Translations under genes and position numbers: made by a program
Shown here: piece after piece, positions 29,429 to 38,956 of the stretch
Position numbering within the stretch: the first letter of the stretch is position 1
How the letters are laid out: every line of letters starts with the position of its first letter
DNA from: Aestuariivita sp.
GTDB taxonomy: Bacteria > Pseudomonadota > Alphaproteobacteria > Rhodobacterales > Rhodobacteraceae
Assembly (NCBI GenBank): GCA_026709985.1
Contig: JAPORY010000063.1
Coordinates: 6,260 to 70,259, forward strand
Direction: 5' to 3'
DNA length: 64,000 nt
The notes under the pieces: generated by a model
What the model was told of the DNA's origin: nothing
Database searches by the model: none
The model's input: only the letters and a program-made list of their open reading frames with translations

Positions 29429-30637
29429 ATGAAGCAAGTCGTCATCACTGGTGCTGGTACGATAAATGCTATGGGGCACTCTGTCCCCGAGACGCTCCGT
29501 TCAATGCGCGAAGGCCAGTGTCACATTGGTCAATTGGATATTCGAGATGTTGACCGTCTTGACATTCAGATTGGTGGGCAAGTCCGGGGATTTGATGCCG
29601 AAGGACGCTTTAACCGGCAACAAATTTCTCTCTATGATCGATTTACGCAGTTTACCCTTGTAGCGGCGCGAGAAGCAATCACGCAGTCTGGATTAGAGTT
29701 TTCTGGTGAATTGGCGGCAAAGTCAGGCGTTGTCCTCGGGACCGCTGGTGGCGGTGTGTCAACTTGGGATGATAACTATCGGTTAGTGTATGAAGAGCGA
29801 AAAAGCCGCGTTCATCCCTTTGTTGTTCCAAAACTAATGAACAACGCCGCGGCGTCACATGTCTCCATGGAATGGAACCTAAAGGGTCCTTCCTTTACCG
29901 TTGCAACAGCTTGTGCTTCGTCAAACCACGCAATGGCACAAGCATTTGCTATGGTTCAATCTGGCGTTTCGCTAGCAATGATCACCGGGGGTAGTGAAAG
30001 TATGTTGTGCTTCGGCGGCGTTAAAGCATGGGAGGGGTTGCGGGTTATGTCGCACGATGCTTGCCGGCCGTTTTCGGCAAACCGCAATGGTATGGTGCAG
30101 GGCGAAGGCGCAGGTATTTTTGTTTTTGAGGAATTTAATCACGCAAAATCGCGTGGTGCCGATATTCTTGCCGAAGTGGTCGGCATGGGAATGTCGTCGG
30201 ATGCTGCTGACATTGTCATGCCATCCAAGCAAGGAGCTGCCCGCGCCATCTCACAGGCACTCAAGAATTCGAGATTAGATCGAGATGAAATTGGTTATAT
30301 TAATGCCCATGGAACCGGTACTGTCGCCAATGACAAGACAGAATGTGCAGCAGTTGCTGATGTTTTTGGTCCGCACGCAGACCAACTCATGATTTCGTCC
30401 ACCAAGTCGATGCACGGACATCTGATCGGCGGCACTGGCGCTATTGAGTTATTGGCGTGCATAATGGCGTTGCGAGAAGGCGTAATCGCGCCAACCGTCG
30501 GTTATGAAGAGCCCGATCCCGAATGTGCGCTTGACGTCGTGCCCAACGAAGCACGGGATGCAAAGGTGAATGTCACCCTATCGAATGCTTTCGCCTTTGG
30601 CGGCATGAATGCGGTGCTTGCGTTGCGCAAAGTCTAA
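29429..30637 (+). CDS. Beta-ketoacyl-ACP synthase, KAS I/II (FabF/FabB-like)
   Basis: 402 aa with a Cys-His-His triad in context: TVATACASSNHA, YINAHGTGT, SSTKSMHGHLIGGTGA. C-terminal NAFAFGGMNAVL. Confidence 0.9.
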   Translation: MKQVVITGAGTINAMGHSVPETLRSMREGQCHIGQLDIRDVDRLDIQIGGQVRGFDAEGRFNRQQISLYDRFTQFTLVAAREAITQSGLEFSGELAAKSGVVLGTAGGGVSTWDDNYRLVYEERKSRVHPFVVPKLMNNAAASHVSMEWNLKGPSFTVATACASSNHAMAQAFAMVQSGVSLAMITGGSESMLCFGGVKAWEGLRVMSHDACRPFSANRNGMVQGEGAGIFVFEEFNHAKSRGADILAEVVGMGMSSDAADIVMPSKQGAARAISQALKNSRLDRDEIGYINAHGTGTVANDKTECAAVADVFGPHADQLMISSTKSMHGHLIGGTGAIELLACIMALREGVIAPTVGYEEPDPECALDVVPNEARDAKVNVTLSNAFAFGGMNAVLALRKV

Positions 30638-30719
30638 GTTGTTGTTCTACAGATGAATTCTTGACGTTGGCGGTTGCAACGCTGTCACGATCGTTTGTTG
30701 CGTGTTGTCAATCTAGTCG

Positions 30720-31319
30720 CTAATTTGCCGCCACGATGTCGACAGCTTCGTAGGCTGGAATAAAGCCACTCAGCGATAGATTTAGGGTGATAACGCGATT
30801 CGGCGCTGCGGCAGGTACGAGTTCAATCGACGCCGTTAATCCGTTCTTTAAGCTCGCGATATCGTCCTTGTTGAATCCCACCTGTGCAACGCATCCTTGC
30901 TGATGGCAAAATGAGTAATTGTAGCGCCGACCAATGGCACCGTCGACGGAAATCAGGAGTTGCGCAGTCAACAACGTCTCCAATGGCACGACAACGTTAG
31001 CGGCAGCGACGGCCTCGTCCCCCCCCGAGAGTCGAAACATAGAAAATTCGGCTACTGGATTCGCGTTTTGATCGGTTAGGACCTGCGTGATTGAGCAAGG
31101 GTCTTTTTCGGCGTCTGTTTCGACACAAACTAAATCCCAAGCCCCAAATTTTTCCTTGATGTATCTTTGACCGATCCGTGGAGCGTCTGCCGATTCTCCC
31201 ATATCAAGTTGCTCAAGCGGATTTGCCGTCTCCACAGAACCCGCCGTATCCTGCGCCTTGGTCATAGAACCGAATGTAAAGCCCAAAATCGTGAACAATA
31301 AAAGGAGATTTTTGCCCAT
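30720..31319 (-). CDS. Invasion-associated locus B (IalB)-family periplasmic protein
   Basis: 199 aa with a signal peptide (MGKNLLLLFTILGFTFGSMTKA), W-D-L-x-C and C-x-x-x-G-C patterns (GAWDLVCV, FCHQQGCVAQ), as in IalB-family proteins. Confidence 0.7.
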   Translation of the reverse strand: MGKNLLLLFTILGFTFGSMTKAQDTAGSVETANPLEQLDMGESADAPRIGQRYIKEKFGAWDLVCVETDAEKDPCSITQVLTDQNANPVAEFSMFRLSGGDEAVAAANVVVPLETLLTAQLLISVDGAIGRRYNYSFCHQQGCVAQVGFNKDDIASLKNGLTASIELVPAAAPNRVITLNLSLSGFIPAYEAVDIVAAN

Positions 31320-31522
31320 GCTGCTCTCAATTTAACTGATTATTTGCCCATTAATAGCGTTATTGTTTCAACGTATACTTAATCACTTGGAATTTCCACT
31401 CACGATGTTTTGAGTCAAGACCATTAGTCGCATCGCAACATTTTTTTATAGCACCCAGTCTACAATTGGTTTCAAGCGAACTCAAAGCTAATCCATCACA
31501 AACGAAATTGACGCAAATCGTT

Positions 31523-31531
31523 GGGGGGGGG
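31523..31531. repeat. G9 homopolymer tract
   Basis: Direct reading gives ttGGGGGGGGGc, flanked by the inverted hexamers ACGCAA/TTGCGT. It lies about 205 nt upstream of the ialB-like start codon and 60 nt downstream of the livM stop. Confidence 0.95.
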
Positions 31532-31590
31532 CTTGCGTTGGTTGCTATCACTGATTCGGCAGGACATTAGTTTTGCCGAGACGATTGTTG

Positions 31591-32895
31591 CTACCGTCCG
31601 GGGATTAACCCTCGTGGCCAGAAGCGCAGAACCAGCAATAGAATCAATCCCATTGTAAATAAGCGCATATACGCCGCACTCGCCAACAGATGTTGCTTAA
31701 ACCACGACTCATCGGCTAATCCGATCGTTGCAAATTCGATAAGAAGAAGGCCGATCGGCTCTACTTGAACCCAAAAGAACCAAATAAAAAAGCCGCCCAG
31801 CACCGCACCTAAGTTGTTTCCGGAACCGCCCAAAATTACCATCACCCAAACCAAAAAAGTAAATCGCAATGGTTGGTAGCTTGCAGGAGTTAACTGGCCA
31901 TCAAGTGTGGTCATCATTGCGCCGGCAATCCCGCAAATTGCTGATCCCAAAACGAAAACTTGTAAATGTCTTGCAGTAACATCTTTACCCATAGCCGCAG
32001 CCGTCACTTCATTATCTCGAATGGCTCGCATCATACGCCCCCAAGGACTATTCAAGGCGAGTTGTGCCATTATGAACAGGGTCAGCAAAACCACCGCGAA
32101 CAGTATCGCATAGTTGAGTTTGACAAAAAGTGACGACGCGATTGTCGGGTCAATTCCAAGATCAGTGGCTCTCGCTAAGAAATTTGCGTCTTGTTGCAAG
32201 TCAATCTCATATGGAACGGGCCTTGGAATTCCGATTACATTCTTTACGCCACGCGCCAACCAGTCCTCATGCTTGAGTACCGCGATGATAATTTCTGCAA
32301 TTCCGAGGGTTCCAATCGCCAAGTAATCCGATCTTAATCCGAGTGCTGTTTTGCCAATGAGCCAAGCTGCGCAGGCGGCTAGAACACCACCGACCGGCCA
32401 AGCAACGAGGACAGGAAGATTAAGTCCGCCGATATAACCAGCAAGGGCAGGATTTATTGCTTCAACGGTGGCAACCGCTGGGTCTAGAATGGCACGATAA
32501 ATGATAACCCCGATCAGCAGTAGCGCGAGCATCACCACAAATCGCGTGGTACTATTTGGCATTCGTTTGTAAACACCGATCACTGCGGCAATTACCACCG
32601 AGGCGAATAGCAGGGCGATTACAATGCGTGCGCCACCAGCCCCCCATGCTGTCGGGGTAGCGGGCATCGCAATCAGGACTGTCGCTAAGCCACCGAGAGC
32701 AACGAAACCCATCACTCCGACATTAAAAAGCCCTGCAAGCCCCCATTGTAAATTCAAGCCAAGCGACATGATTGCTGACACGAGTCCCATATTCAAAATC
32801 AGCAAAGCCGAATTCCAACTTTGGATCACTCCGGTCGTCACGATCATGAGTGCCACCAAGGCGAATAGACAGAAATTTCTCACCGACTCGGTCAA
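31591..32895 (-). CDS. livM: Branched-chain amino acid ABC transporter permease (LivM-type)
   Basis: 434 aa polytopic membrane protein that overlaps the upstream permease gene by 4 nt, in a LIV-type operon context. Confidence 0.85.
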   Translation of the reverse strand: MTESVRNFCLFALVALMIVTTGVIQSWNSALLILNMGLVSAIMSLGLNLQWGLAGLFNVGVMGFVALGGLATVLIAMPATPTAWGAGGARIVIALLFASVVIAAVIGVYKRMPNSTTRFVVMLALLLIGVIIYRAILDPAVATVEAINPALAGYIGGLNLPVLVAWPVGGVLAACAAWLIGKTALGLRSDYLAIGTLGIAEIIIAVLKHEDWLARGVKNVIGIPRPVPYEIDLQQDANFLARATDLGIDPTIASSLFVKLNYAILFAVVLLTLFIMAQLALNSPWGRMMRAIRDNEVTAAAMGKDVTARHLQVFVLGSAICGIAGAMMTTLDGQLTPASYQPLRFTFLVWVMVILGGSGNNLGAVLGGFFIWFFWVQVEPIGLLLIEFATIGLADESWFKQHLLASAAYMRLFTMGLILLLVLRFWPRGLIPGR

Positions 32896-33911
32896 TAGGC
32901 TTTCCCTCTAAACAGCCCCGTAGGTCGAAATAGCAACGCAATTAATAGAATGCTGAAGCTAATGGCGAATTTGTAGTCGGTACTAATGAATTGAACGATA
33001 CCGGTAGGTTCCCACCATGGCACGAGGTAACCGAGGACTTTTTTCCAAGCATAGGTAATTGTAACCTCAGAAAAGGCGATAAGATAGCCACCAGCAATCG
33101 CTCCTAAGGGGTTGCCGAGACCTCCAACGACCGCAGCTGCAAATATAGGCAAGAGTAGCTGGAAGTAGGTAAAGGGCTTGAATGATTTGTCGAGGCCGTA
33201 CAGCGCCCCGGCGACCGTCGCCAGAATTGCAACCAAAATCCAAGTGTATGTCACGACGCGGTTGGGGTTGATCCCCGAAAGCAGTGCCAAATCCTCATTA
33301 TCCGAATAGGCCCGCATCGACTTCCCGGTTTTGGTTTTGTTTAAGAACCAAAATAAGGCGATGACAACAATAATCGCGGTAAGGATGGTAATTCCTTGGC
33401 TCGTGCGAAAAGCCAATCCCTCCTGCAAACCAGTAAGGTCGCGAAACTCTCGTGCAGAAATGACAAATCGTTCACCATCTGCAAATCTTTGGTCACCGGG
33501 ACCGACGACGAAGCGCACAAGTCCATTCATGACGAACATGACGCCCATTGAAACAATAACAAGAATGACTGGTTTAGCCCTTCGGGTTCGGTAGAATCGG
33601 TATACACTTCGATCAATTGCAAGAAGTAAAGCCACGCAGGCAATAATGCCGATCGGCAAAGCAATCAGCGCTGTTGGTAGAGGGCCAAGGTGGATTCCTT
33701 GGTGTTGTAGCCACCAGGTGCAGAGCATTGTGATCATGGCACCAAACGCCATGGTATCGCCATGGGCGAAGTTTGAAAAACGCAAGATTCCATAGACGAG
33801 CGTAATCCCTAAAGCCCCTAATGCGAGTTGGCTGCCGTACGAAATTGACGGTATCAAGACAAAATTCGCCAATACGACAAAGGCGTTTGCGATATCTATT
33901 TCACCCATCAC
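32892..33911 (-). CDS. livH: Branched-chain amino acid ABC transporter permease (LivH-type)
   Basis: 339 aa polytopic membrane protein with LivH-like N-terminus and length. Confidence 0.85.
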   Translation of the reverse strand: MMGEIDIANAFVVLANFVLIPSISYGSQLALGALGITLVYGILRFSNFAHGDTMAFGAMITMLCTWWLQHQGIHLGPLPTALIALPIGIIACVALLLAIDRSVYRFYRTRRAKPVILVIVSMGVMFVMNGLVRFVVGPGDQRFADGERFVISAREFRDLTGLQEGLAFRTSQGITILTAIIVVIALFWFLNKTKTGKSMRAYSDNEDLALLSGINPNRVVTYTWILVAILATVAGALYGLDKSFKPFTYFQLLLPIFAAAVVGGLGNPLGAIAGGYLIAFSEVTITYAWKKVLGYLVPWWEPTGIVQFISTDYKFAISFSILLIALLFRPTGLFRGKAY

Positions 33912-34049
33912 TCACCCAAGCTATCACGGGTTCAATCTCTCACGAAGAAGGTATGGTAAACAATTTGGTGAGCAGGTCCGCGAACGTCGTCTCCGACCAA
34001 ATGTGATCAGCGAACCGTGAACTAAGGTGGCGGCGCCGACTCATTGATG

Positions 34050-34775
34050 TTACCCGCCCAAGAACGCTTGGAGAACATCTTTGTTTGTCAGTAATTCTTT
34101 CCCGGTACCAGTGTATTCGTTGCGACCTTGAACAAGGACAAAACCCTGATCAGCGATCTCGAGTGCCTGTCGCGCATTTTGCTCAACGATAATGACTGGG
34201 ATGCCAGTATCAGCCACCTCAATTATTCGACCCAGAATTTCTTTCATGACAATAGGCGAGACCCCTGCCGTGGGTTCGTCGAGTAGCAGTACCTTTGGTT
34301 GCGTCATCATTGCTCGTGCTAAGGCAACCTGTTGTCGTTGACCGCCCGATAACTCGCCTGCTTGCTGCTTCTGCTTTTCTCGCAGTACCGGAAAGAGACC
34401 ATACACCTGCTCCATCGTATCGTGAATGTCATCATCGCGGCTAAATCCGCCCATTTCTAAATTTTCTCGAACGGTCAAGGACGGGAAGATATTTGCCGTT
34501 TGAGGCACAAATCCCATCCCTTTAGATACGCGCTCTTGGGGAGGAAGAGCACTGATGTCTTCTCCGTCTAGAATTACTGCGCCTTCGCGCAGTGAAAGCA
34601 TACCGAATAGCGCCTTCATTGCCGTTGATTTACCCGCACCATTGGGACCAACAATCACCGCAATTTCACCCGAATTTACGGCCACGGTGCAGGAGTGTAA
34701 AATGTCTGGCCCATCAGCGTATCCGCCAGTCATTGCCTCACCAATGAGAAATGCTTCGTGACGACTTGGATACAT
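34050..34775 (-). CDS. livF: Branched-chain amino acid ABC transporter ATP-binding protein (LivF-type)
   Basis: 241 aa with Walker A GPNGAGKST, signature LSGGQRQ and Walker B LLLDEP. Confidence 0.9.
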   Translation of the reverse strand: MYPSRHEAFLIGEAMTGGYADGPDILHSCTVAVNSGEIAVIVGPNGAGKSTAMKALFGMLSLREGAVILDGEDISALPPQERVSKGMGFVPQTANIFPSLTVRENLEMGGFSRDDDIHDTMEQVYGLFPVLREKQKQQAGELSGGQRQQVALARAMMTQPKVLLLDEPTAGVSPIVMKEILGRIIEVADTGIPVIIVEQNARQALEIADQGFVLVQGRNEYTGTGKELLTNKDVLQAFLGG

Positions 34776-35227
34776 AATTGTCCGTTAGCGGCCGACTTTG
34801 GGTTTGCGTGTGAAGGGGGAAGCCGACCATGTTGATGAAAATCTTTGCGGCTTCCAGCATATGCTTCGTAAGCGTTCGGTCAAGAGGTGCCGACGCTGTT
34901 TAAATTTTTTCGTCTGATGACTTTTTGACTGGTGATCGCATAGTTGGCATAGAGTTCTTAACTAACGCCCCACTATATTCGAATGAAGGATTCCACGTGG
35001 AGGGAAATTTTGGGTTTTGTACAGTTTCTCAATGCGCCTGTTGACGGTATGGCGAGCACCGGTCCGCAACTGAAAAACCATCGTTTTGTGGAAGCCGTGC
35101 TACCCGACCATTTCTTATAGGCCTATATCGGCTATTTGCGGTATGGGGTTCCATGATGTATTTCGCATGATCGTAGAATTGGTTTGGCGGCTATTGACGC
35201 CAGACCAGCTTGGAAAACACAGGGAAC

Positions 35228-35758
35228 TTACGAAAACCAATGAATGCAAATCTGTGATAGCCAGTGCTCTTCGGCCATGACATCAAGTCTGCTTCCTTTA
35301 CTGGCCCAGCACCGCAGCACGACGCTGAGATTCGATGCTGCCACACCTTTCACATAACTTTCGATCAGAAGTCCCGCAAGCCCTTCAATGATAAGGTTAA
35401 AGGCAAAACCCTCGTAAGCAATGCTTGGCCGTCGAGCATCCTCTTGCGCAATGCGGGATCGTTGAGCAGGACCGCCGTTATTCTCTATTGCTCTAGCGAG
35501 ACCTCGCTATGCGTATCAAAAATCGGGCTGAGGTCGACAGCCTATAGAACCCGAATTGTGGGTTGGCCGGTCACCGACCTAGTTGACTTCGCATGGCGTC
35601 GCGGTGGGTGCAAGCGCAGTGCAGAGGGCAGGGGTGTCCTTTGTATTGAAACGCCCGCCATAGAGTTCATTAGCGCCTCCTGAGAGAGGCGCACTCGCAT
35701 AGACTGGGTTCAGGGCAAGATAGAGTAACGAGGTGTGGCGCCCGTCTTTCAAAAGCAT
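35228..35758 (-). pseudogene. RES-domain toxin pseudogene (three in-frame stop codons)
   Basis: Hand translation of one minus-strand frame gives MLLKDGRHTSLLYLALNPVYASAPLSGGANELYGGRFNTKDTPALCTALAPTATPCEVN*. After stops at 35579-35581 (TAG), 35516-35518 (TGA) and 35507-35509 (TAG), it continues ...IAYEGFAFNLIIEGLAGLLIESYVKGVAASNLSVVLRCW.... The GGRFN / TAxxE / (L)xxS / NLVL pattern is that of RES toxins. Confidence 0.75.
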
Positions 35759-36130
35759 TAGGGAAGATACCGGCGTCAGCTGCGTCAATGTATTCAAGAA
35801 CCAGCGGCGCTTTGTCCTCCTACACGAACTGCATGACCGTCCGGCCATTAAATCTGGGCAGAGGTTCTGATTGGCACCACGCATAGGCTATCAGCTCCGA
35901 GCCAAAGCGAGCTTCTACCATGCTGAGAACCTCCACGATCTCGTGCAAGCGACGCTACGCTTGTCAGAATCAACACGTATCCGAAATTACAAAGCGTCCT
36001 TGCCGAGCACCGCCGTTGAGGCGATCTCCACTGTCGAGGTGCACAACATCGCCGCAATCTATCGCGGTTTGAACTGACCGTCTTCAGGGAAGTTTGCAAT
36101 GCAAAAGTTTTGTAATCTTTCGGCCATTCT
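35759..36130 (-). pseudogene. Xre-type (DUF2384-like) antitoxin pseudogene cognate to the RES toxin (boundaries approximate)
   Basis: Hand translation of the minus strand gives RRLHEIVEVLSMVEARFGSELIAYAWCQSEPLPRFNGRTVMQFV*EDKAPLVLEYIDAADAGIF. This matches the C-terminal A..W...P...GG.TP...G...V...L..I..G pattern of RES-associated antitoxins. There is an in-frame TAG at 35820-35822, and the upstream half is broken by further stops and frame changes. Confidence 0.6.
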
Positions 36131-36618
36131 AACAAAATATAGCGCCAATAATGCTGAATGACAGAGAAAGTTCGCTACTGGTTGTGACTTATAATCATTG
36201 GTGCAACCCCCCATTGTATGTATCCATTGACCATCCTGGAAACCACGCAAGGCGCCTCGGTCTCACCACCGTGAGTTCAGTCCCAATTAATGTGCGTTTA
36301 AAAAATGTCAGGGTCTGAAACACAAGCGATTACAGTCTCAATTCTTTGGTATGAAACACAGAACAGCTGAATGCGCCCCTCTCGGCCGCCGTTTAGAGGT
36401 AAGTTGCATTGACTTACAGTCGGGTTGCCGATCTGAAGATCCTGTGACAATACTGCCGAGAGATCAAATCAAGTCCAACGCCATAAAAGTCATCGTCTGA
36501 CTTTACCAGTCTAAAGGTTATGGGACAAAAAACTAATAGGGCGCCGCTCAATCGCATGCTTACTATGCTTCACGGGATCCGAGTAACCGTAGGCGCGAAA
36601 TCTCTGAGAGTCGGCTCG

Positions 36619-37380
36619 TCACGCTGATGTTTTCCCCAGATAGGCGTCGATAACCGCAGAATTCTGTTTCAACTCTGCCATTGAACCAGACGCGAGTATT
36701 TTGCCCTCGGCCATGCAAATGACAGAGTCGCAAATCTTAGCGATAAATTCCATATCATGTTCAATGATTAAGAATGTGTAGCGGTGAACACGGTTCAGCT
36801 CTTTGACCGCATTGATAATCGTGTTCAGAAGTGTTCGATTAACCCCAGCACCGACCTCATCAAGAAACACTACTTGAGCGTTTGTCATCATTGTTCGTCC
36901 GAGTTCCAAGAGCTTTTTTTGACCGCTTGAAATATTGCCGGCGCTTTGGTCGGCTAAATGCGGGATGGTTAAGAATTCCAAGACCTGGTCCGCTTGTTTC
37001 GCTAGAGTATCTTCATCTTGGGCGATTTTTCTGCGATTGAACCAAGTATTCCACAGATGCTCGCCACGCTGCCCACTCGGAACCATCATCAGATTTTCTC
37101 GGCATGTCATCGTTGGAAATTCTTGCGCGATTTGAAACGTCCGTACGAGGCCCTGATGAAATAGTTCGTGCGGGGGTAGGCCAGTAATATCCTTGCCGTC
37201 AAAAAAAACTCTGCCAGCGGTAGGAGCCAATGCTCCAGCGATTACATTGAAAAGGGTGGTTTTTCCTGCACCATTTGGACCAATTAACCCCGTAATTTTA
37301 CCTGGCTCAATCGACATGCTCAGCGCGTCAATCGCCCGAAAACCACCAAAGTGTTTCGAAACGTTCTCGGTAACGATCAT
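36619..37380 (-). CDS. livG: Branched-chain amino acid ABC transporter ATP-binding protein (LivG-type)
   Basis: 253 aa with Walker A GPNGAGKTT, signature SSGQKKLLE, Walker B VFLDEV and a LivG-type C-terminal extension. Confidence 0.9.
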   Translation of the reverse strand: MIVTENVSKHFGGFRAIDALSMSIEPGKITGLIGPNGAGKTTLFNVIAGALAPTAGRVFFDGKDITGLPPHELFHQGLVRTFQIAQEFPTMTCRENLMMVPSGQRGEHLWNTWFNRRKIAQDEDTLAKQADQVLEFLTIPHLADQSAGNISSGQKKLLELGRTMMTNAQVVFLDEVGAGVNRTLLNTIINAVKELNRVHRYTFLIIEHDMEFIAKICDSVICMAEGKILASGSMAELKQNSAVIDAYLGKTSA

Positions 37381-37465
37381 GACGAAGAATTATTTTGAGC
37401 GGGAATTGATTAGAATACCGACCCGAATATCGTTCCGGGTCAGTATTGATAGATTGACTTGCCTG

Positions 37466-38653
37466 TCAGCGGTAGGAAACCGTGGTGATTTTCCCGCCTT
37501 CGACAACGATTTGACGAAAGTTTCCAGCACTTTCCCCTGGTCCAATGAGTTCAACGGCGGTAGCACCGACATAATCAATTTCGCCGCCTTCGGCTAAGAT
37601 TTCGAGTGCTTTGCCGAGTTCGCCAGGAAAAATTTGTTCTCCAGGCGCGTTCGCGACAGCCATGACGTGATCCTTATAGTCCGAGGGTGCCGACGAATTT
37701 GCGGCTTGCATGGCAAGAAGAATGAGCGCCGTCGCATCATAAGATTCTGGCACGTAAGCGGATGTCGCGTCAAATGCATCACCAACCATCTCGACCAACA
37801 TTGCTTGTCCGTCACTATCGGTTCCCGGATGTTGACCAGTCGAGCCATTGATCTCGGATCCAAAATTTTCCTCTAACATACTGCCAATCATCCCATCGGG
37901 GAAGTGGAAGGTTTCGAAGGCCCCCGAGTCGAGTGCTGCTCGCAAGACGCCAGAGCCGCCTTGATCAAGATATCCAATCAGTACGAGACGATCACCACCA
38001 GCGGCCGCGAGTGCGCCAACCTCAGCCGAATAATCCCCTTTGCCGTCTTCATGACCCGCACTGAGCGTAACTTCGCCACCCACGGCGTTGAACGCCGCTT
38101 CGAAGGTTTCCGCAAGAGCTTTACCATAGTCATTATTGGTATAGGACACGGCGACGCTCTTAACACCGTCTTCAATGAGGATATCGGCCATTACTTCTCC
38201 TTGCCGTGCATCTGAGGGTGCGGTGCGGAAAAATAATCCTTGATCTTCATTGTTGGTATGGCTCAATCCCGGAGATGTCGCTGATGGTGAAATCATCACG
38301 ATTCCGTTGGGTAGAGCGACATTCTGTAACACGGCTCCCGTTACCCCAGAGCAATCTGCTCCCATAATTCCCATGACGCCGTCAGCTGTTATCATCCTTT
38401 CTGCTGCCGCTGTTGCGGCTGGGGTGTCAACGCATGTCGAATCTCCGCGCACAGACGTCACCGTTTGGCCGCCCAAAAACAAACCGGTGTCAGAAACCTC
38501 TTTCATTGCCAGTTCAGCTGAGGAGCTCATTTGAGGTGTAAATGACTCAATTGGCCCTGTATACCCGAGCAAAACACCAATTTTTACGTCATCTGCCTGC
38601 GTGGCGCTTGTTGCCATCACTGATAACGCCGAAACCATGACTAACTTTTTCAT
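37466..38653 (-). CDS. LIV-type periplasmic substrate-binding protein (LivK/BraC family)
   Basis: The ORF track frame is 37466-38692. The likely start is MKKLVMVSALSVMATSATQA (signal peptide), followed by DVKIGVLLGYTGP, typical of type I periplasmic binding proteins. Confidence 0.85.
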   Translation of the reverse strand: MKKLVMVSALSVMATSATQADDVKIGVLLGYTGPIESFTPQMSSSAELAMKEVSDTGLFLGGQTVTSVRGDSTCVDTPAATAAAERMITADGVMGIMGADCSGVTGAVLQNVALPNGIVMISPSATSPGLSHTNNEDQGLFFRTAPSDARQGEVMADILIEDGVKSVAVSYTNNDYGKALAETFEAAFNAVGGEVTLSAGHEDGKGDYSAEVGALAAAGGDRLVLIGYLDQGGSGVLRAALDSGAFETFHFPDGMIGSMLEENFGSEINGSTGQHPGTDSDGQAMLVEMVGDAFDATSAYVPESYDATALILLAMQAANSSAPSDYKDHVMAVANAPGEQIFPGELGKALEILAEGGEIDYVGATAVELIGPGESAGNFRQIVVEGGKITTVSYR

Positions 38654-38956
38654 ACCGTTCTCCAATTTTGCAGTCGAAACCATTCGGCGCATGCTATAAC
38701 GATATGATCCAGAAGAAAAGCCTTGAACTGTGCTGTCGCTTCGATGTTTGAGCGGGTCGTGTTGTCTTTTCTTTACTGCTTGTTAAAGTCTATTGGGGAT
38801 TTGGACGCTTTAGGCGGCAAGCCTCTGCATCGCGCATGCTGCTGTGATTCTTGATGCTATGAGAGGGGTATGTTCATTGGAAAAAGTCAAAAGACCTGCG
38901 GTAGCTCCGCCATGGTGCTAGTAGGTCAGATCATCAAGAACTACTAGGTAAACTGA

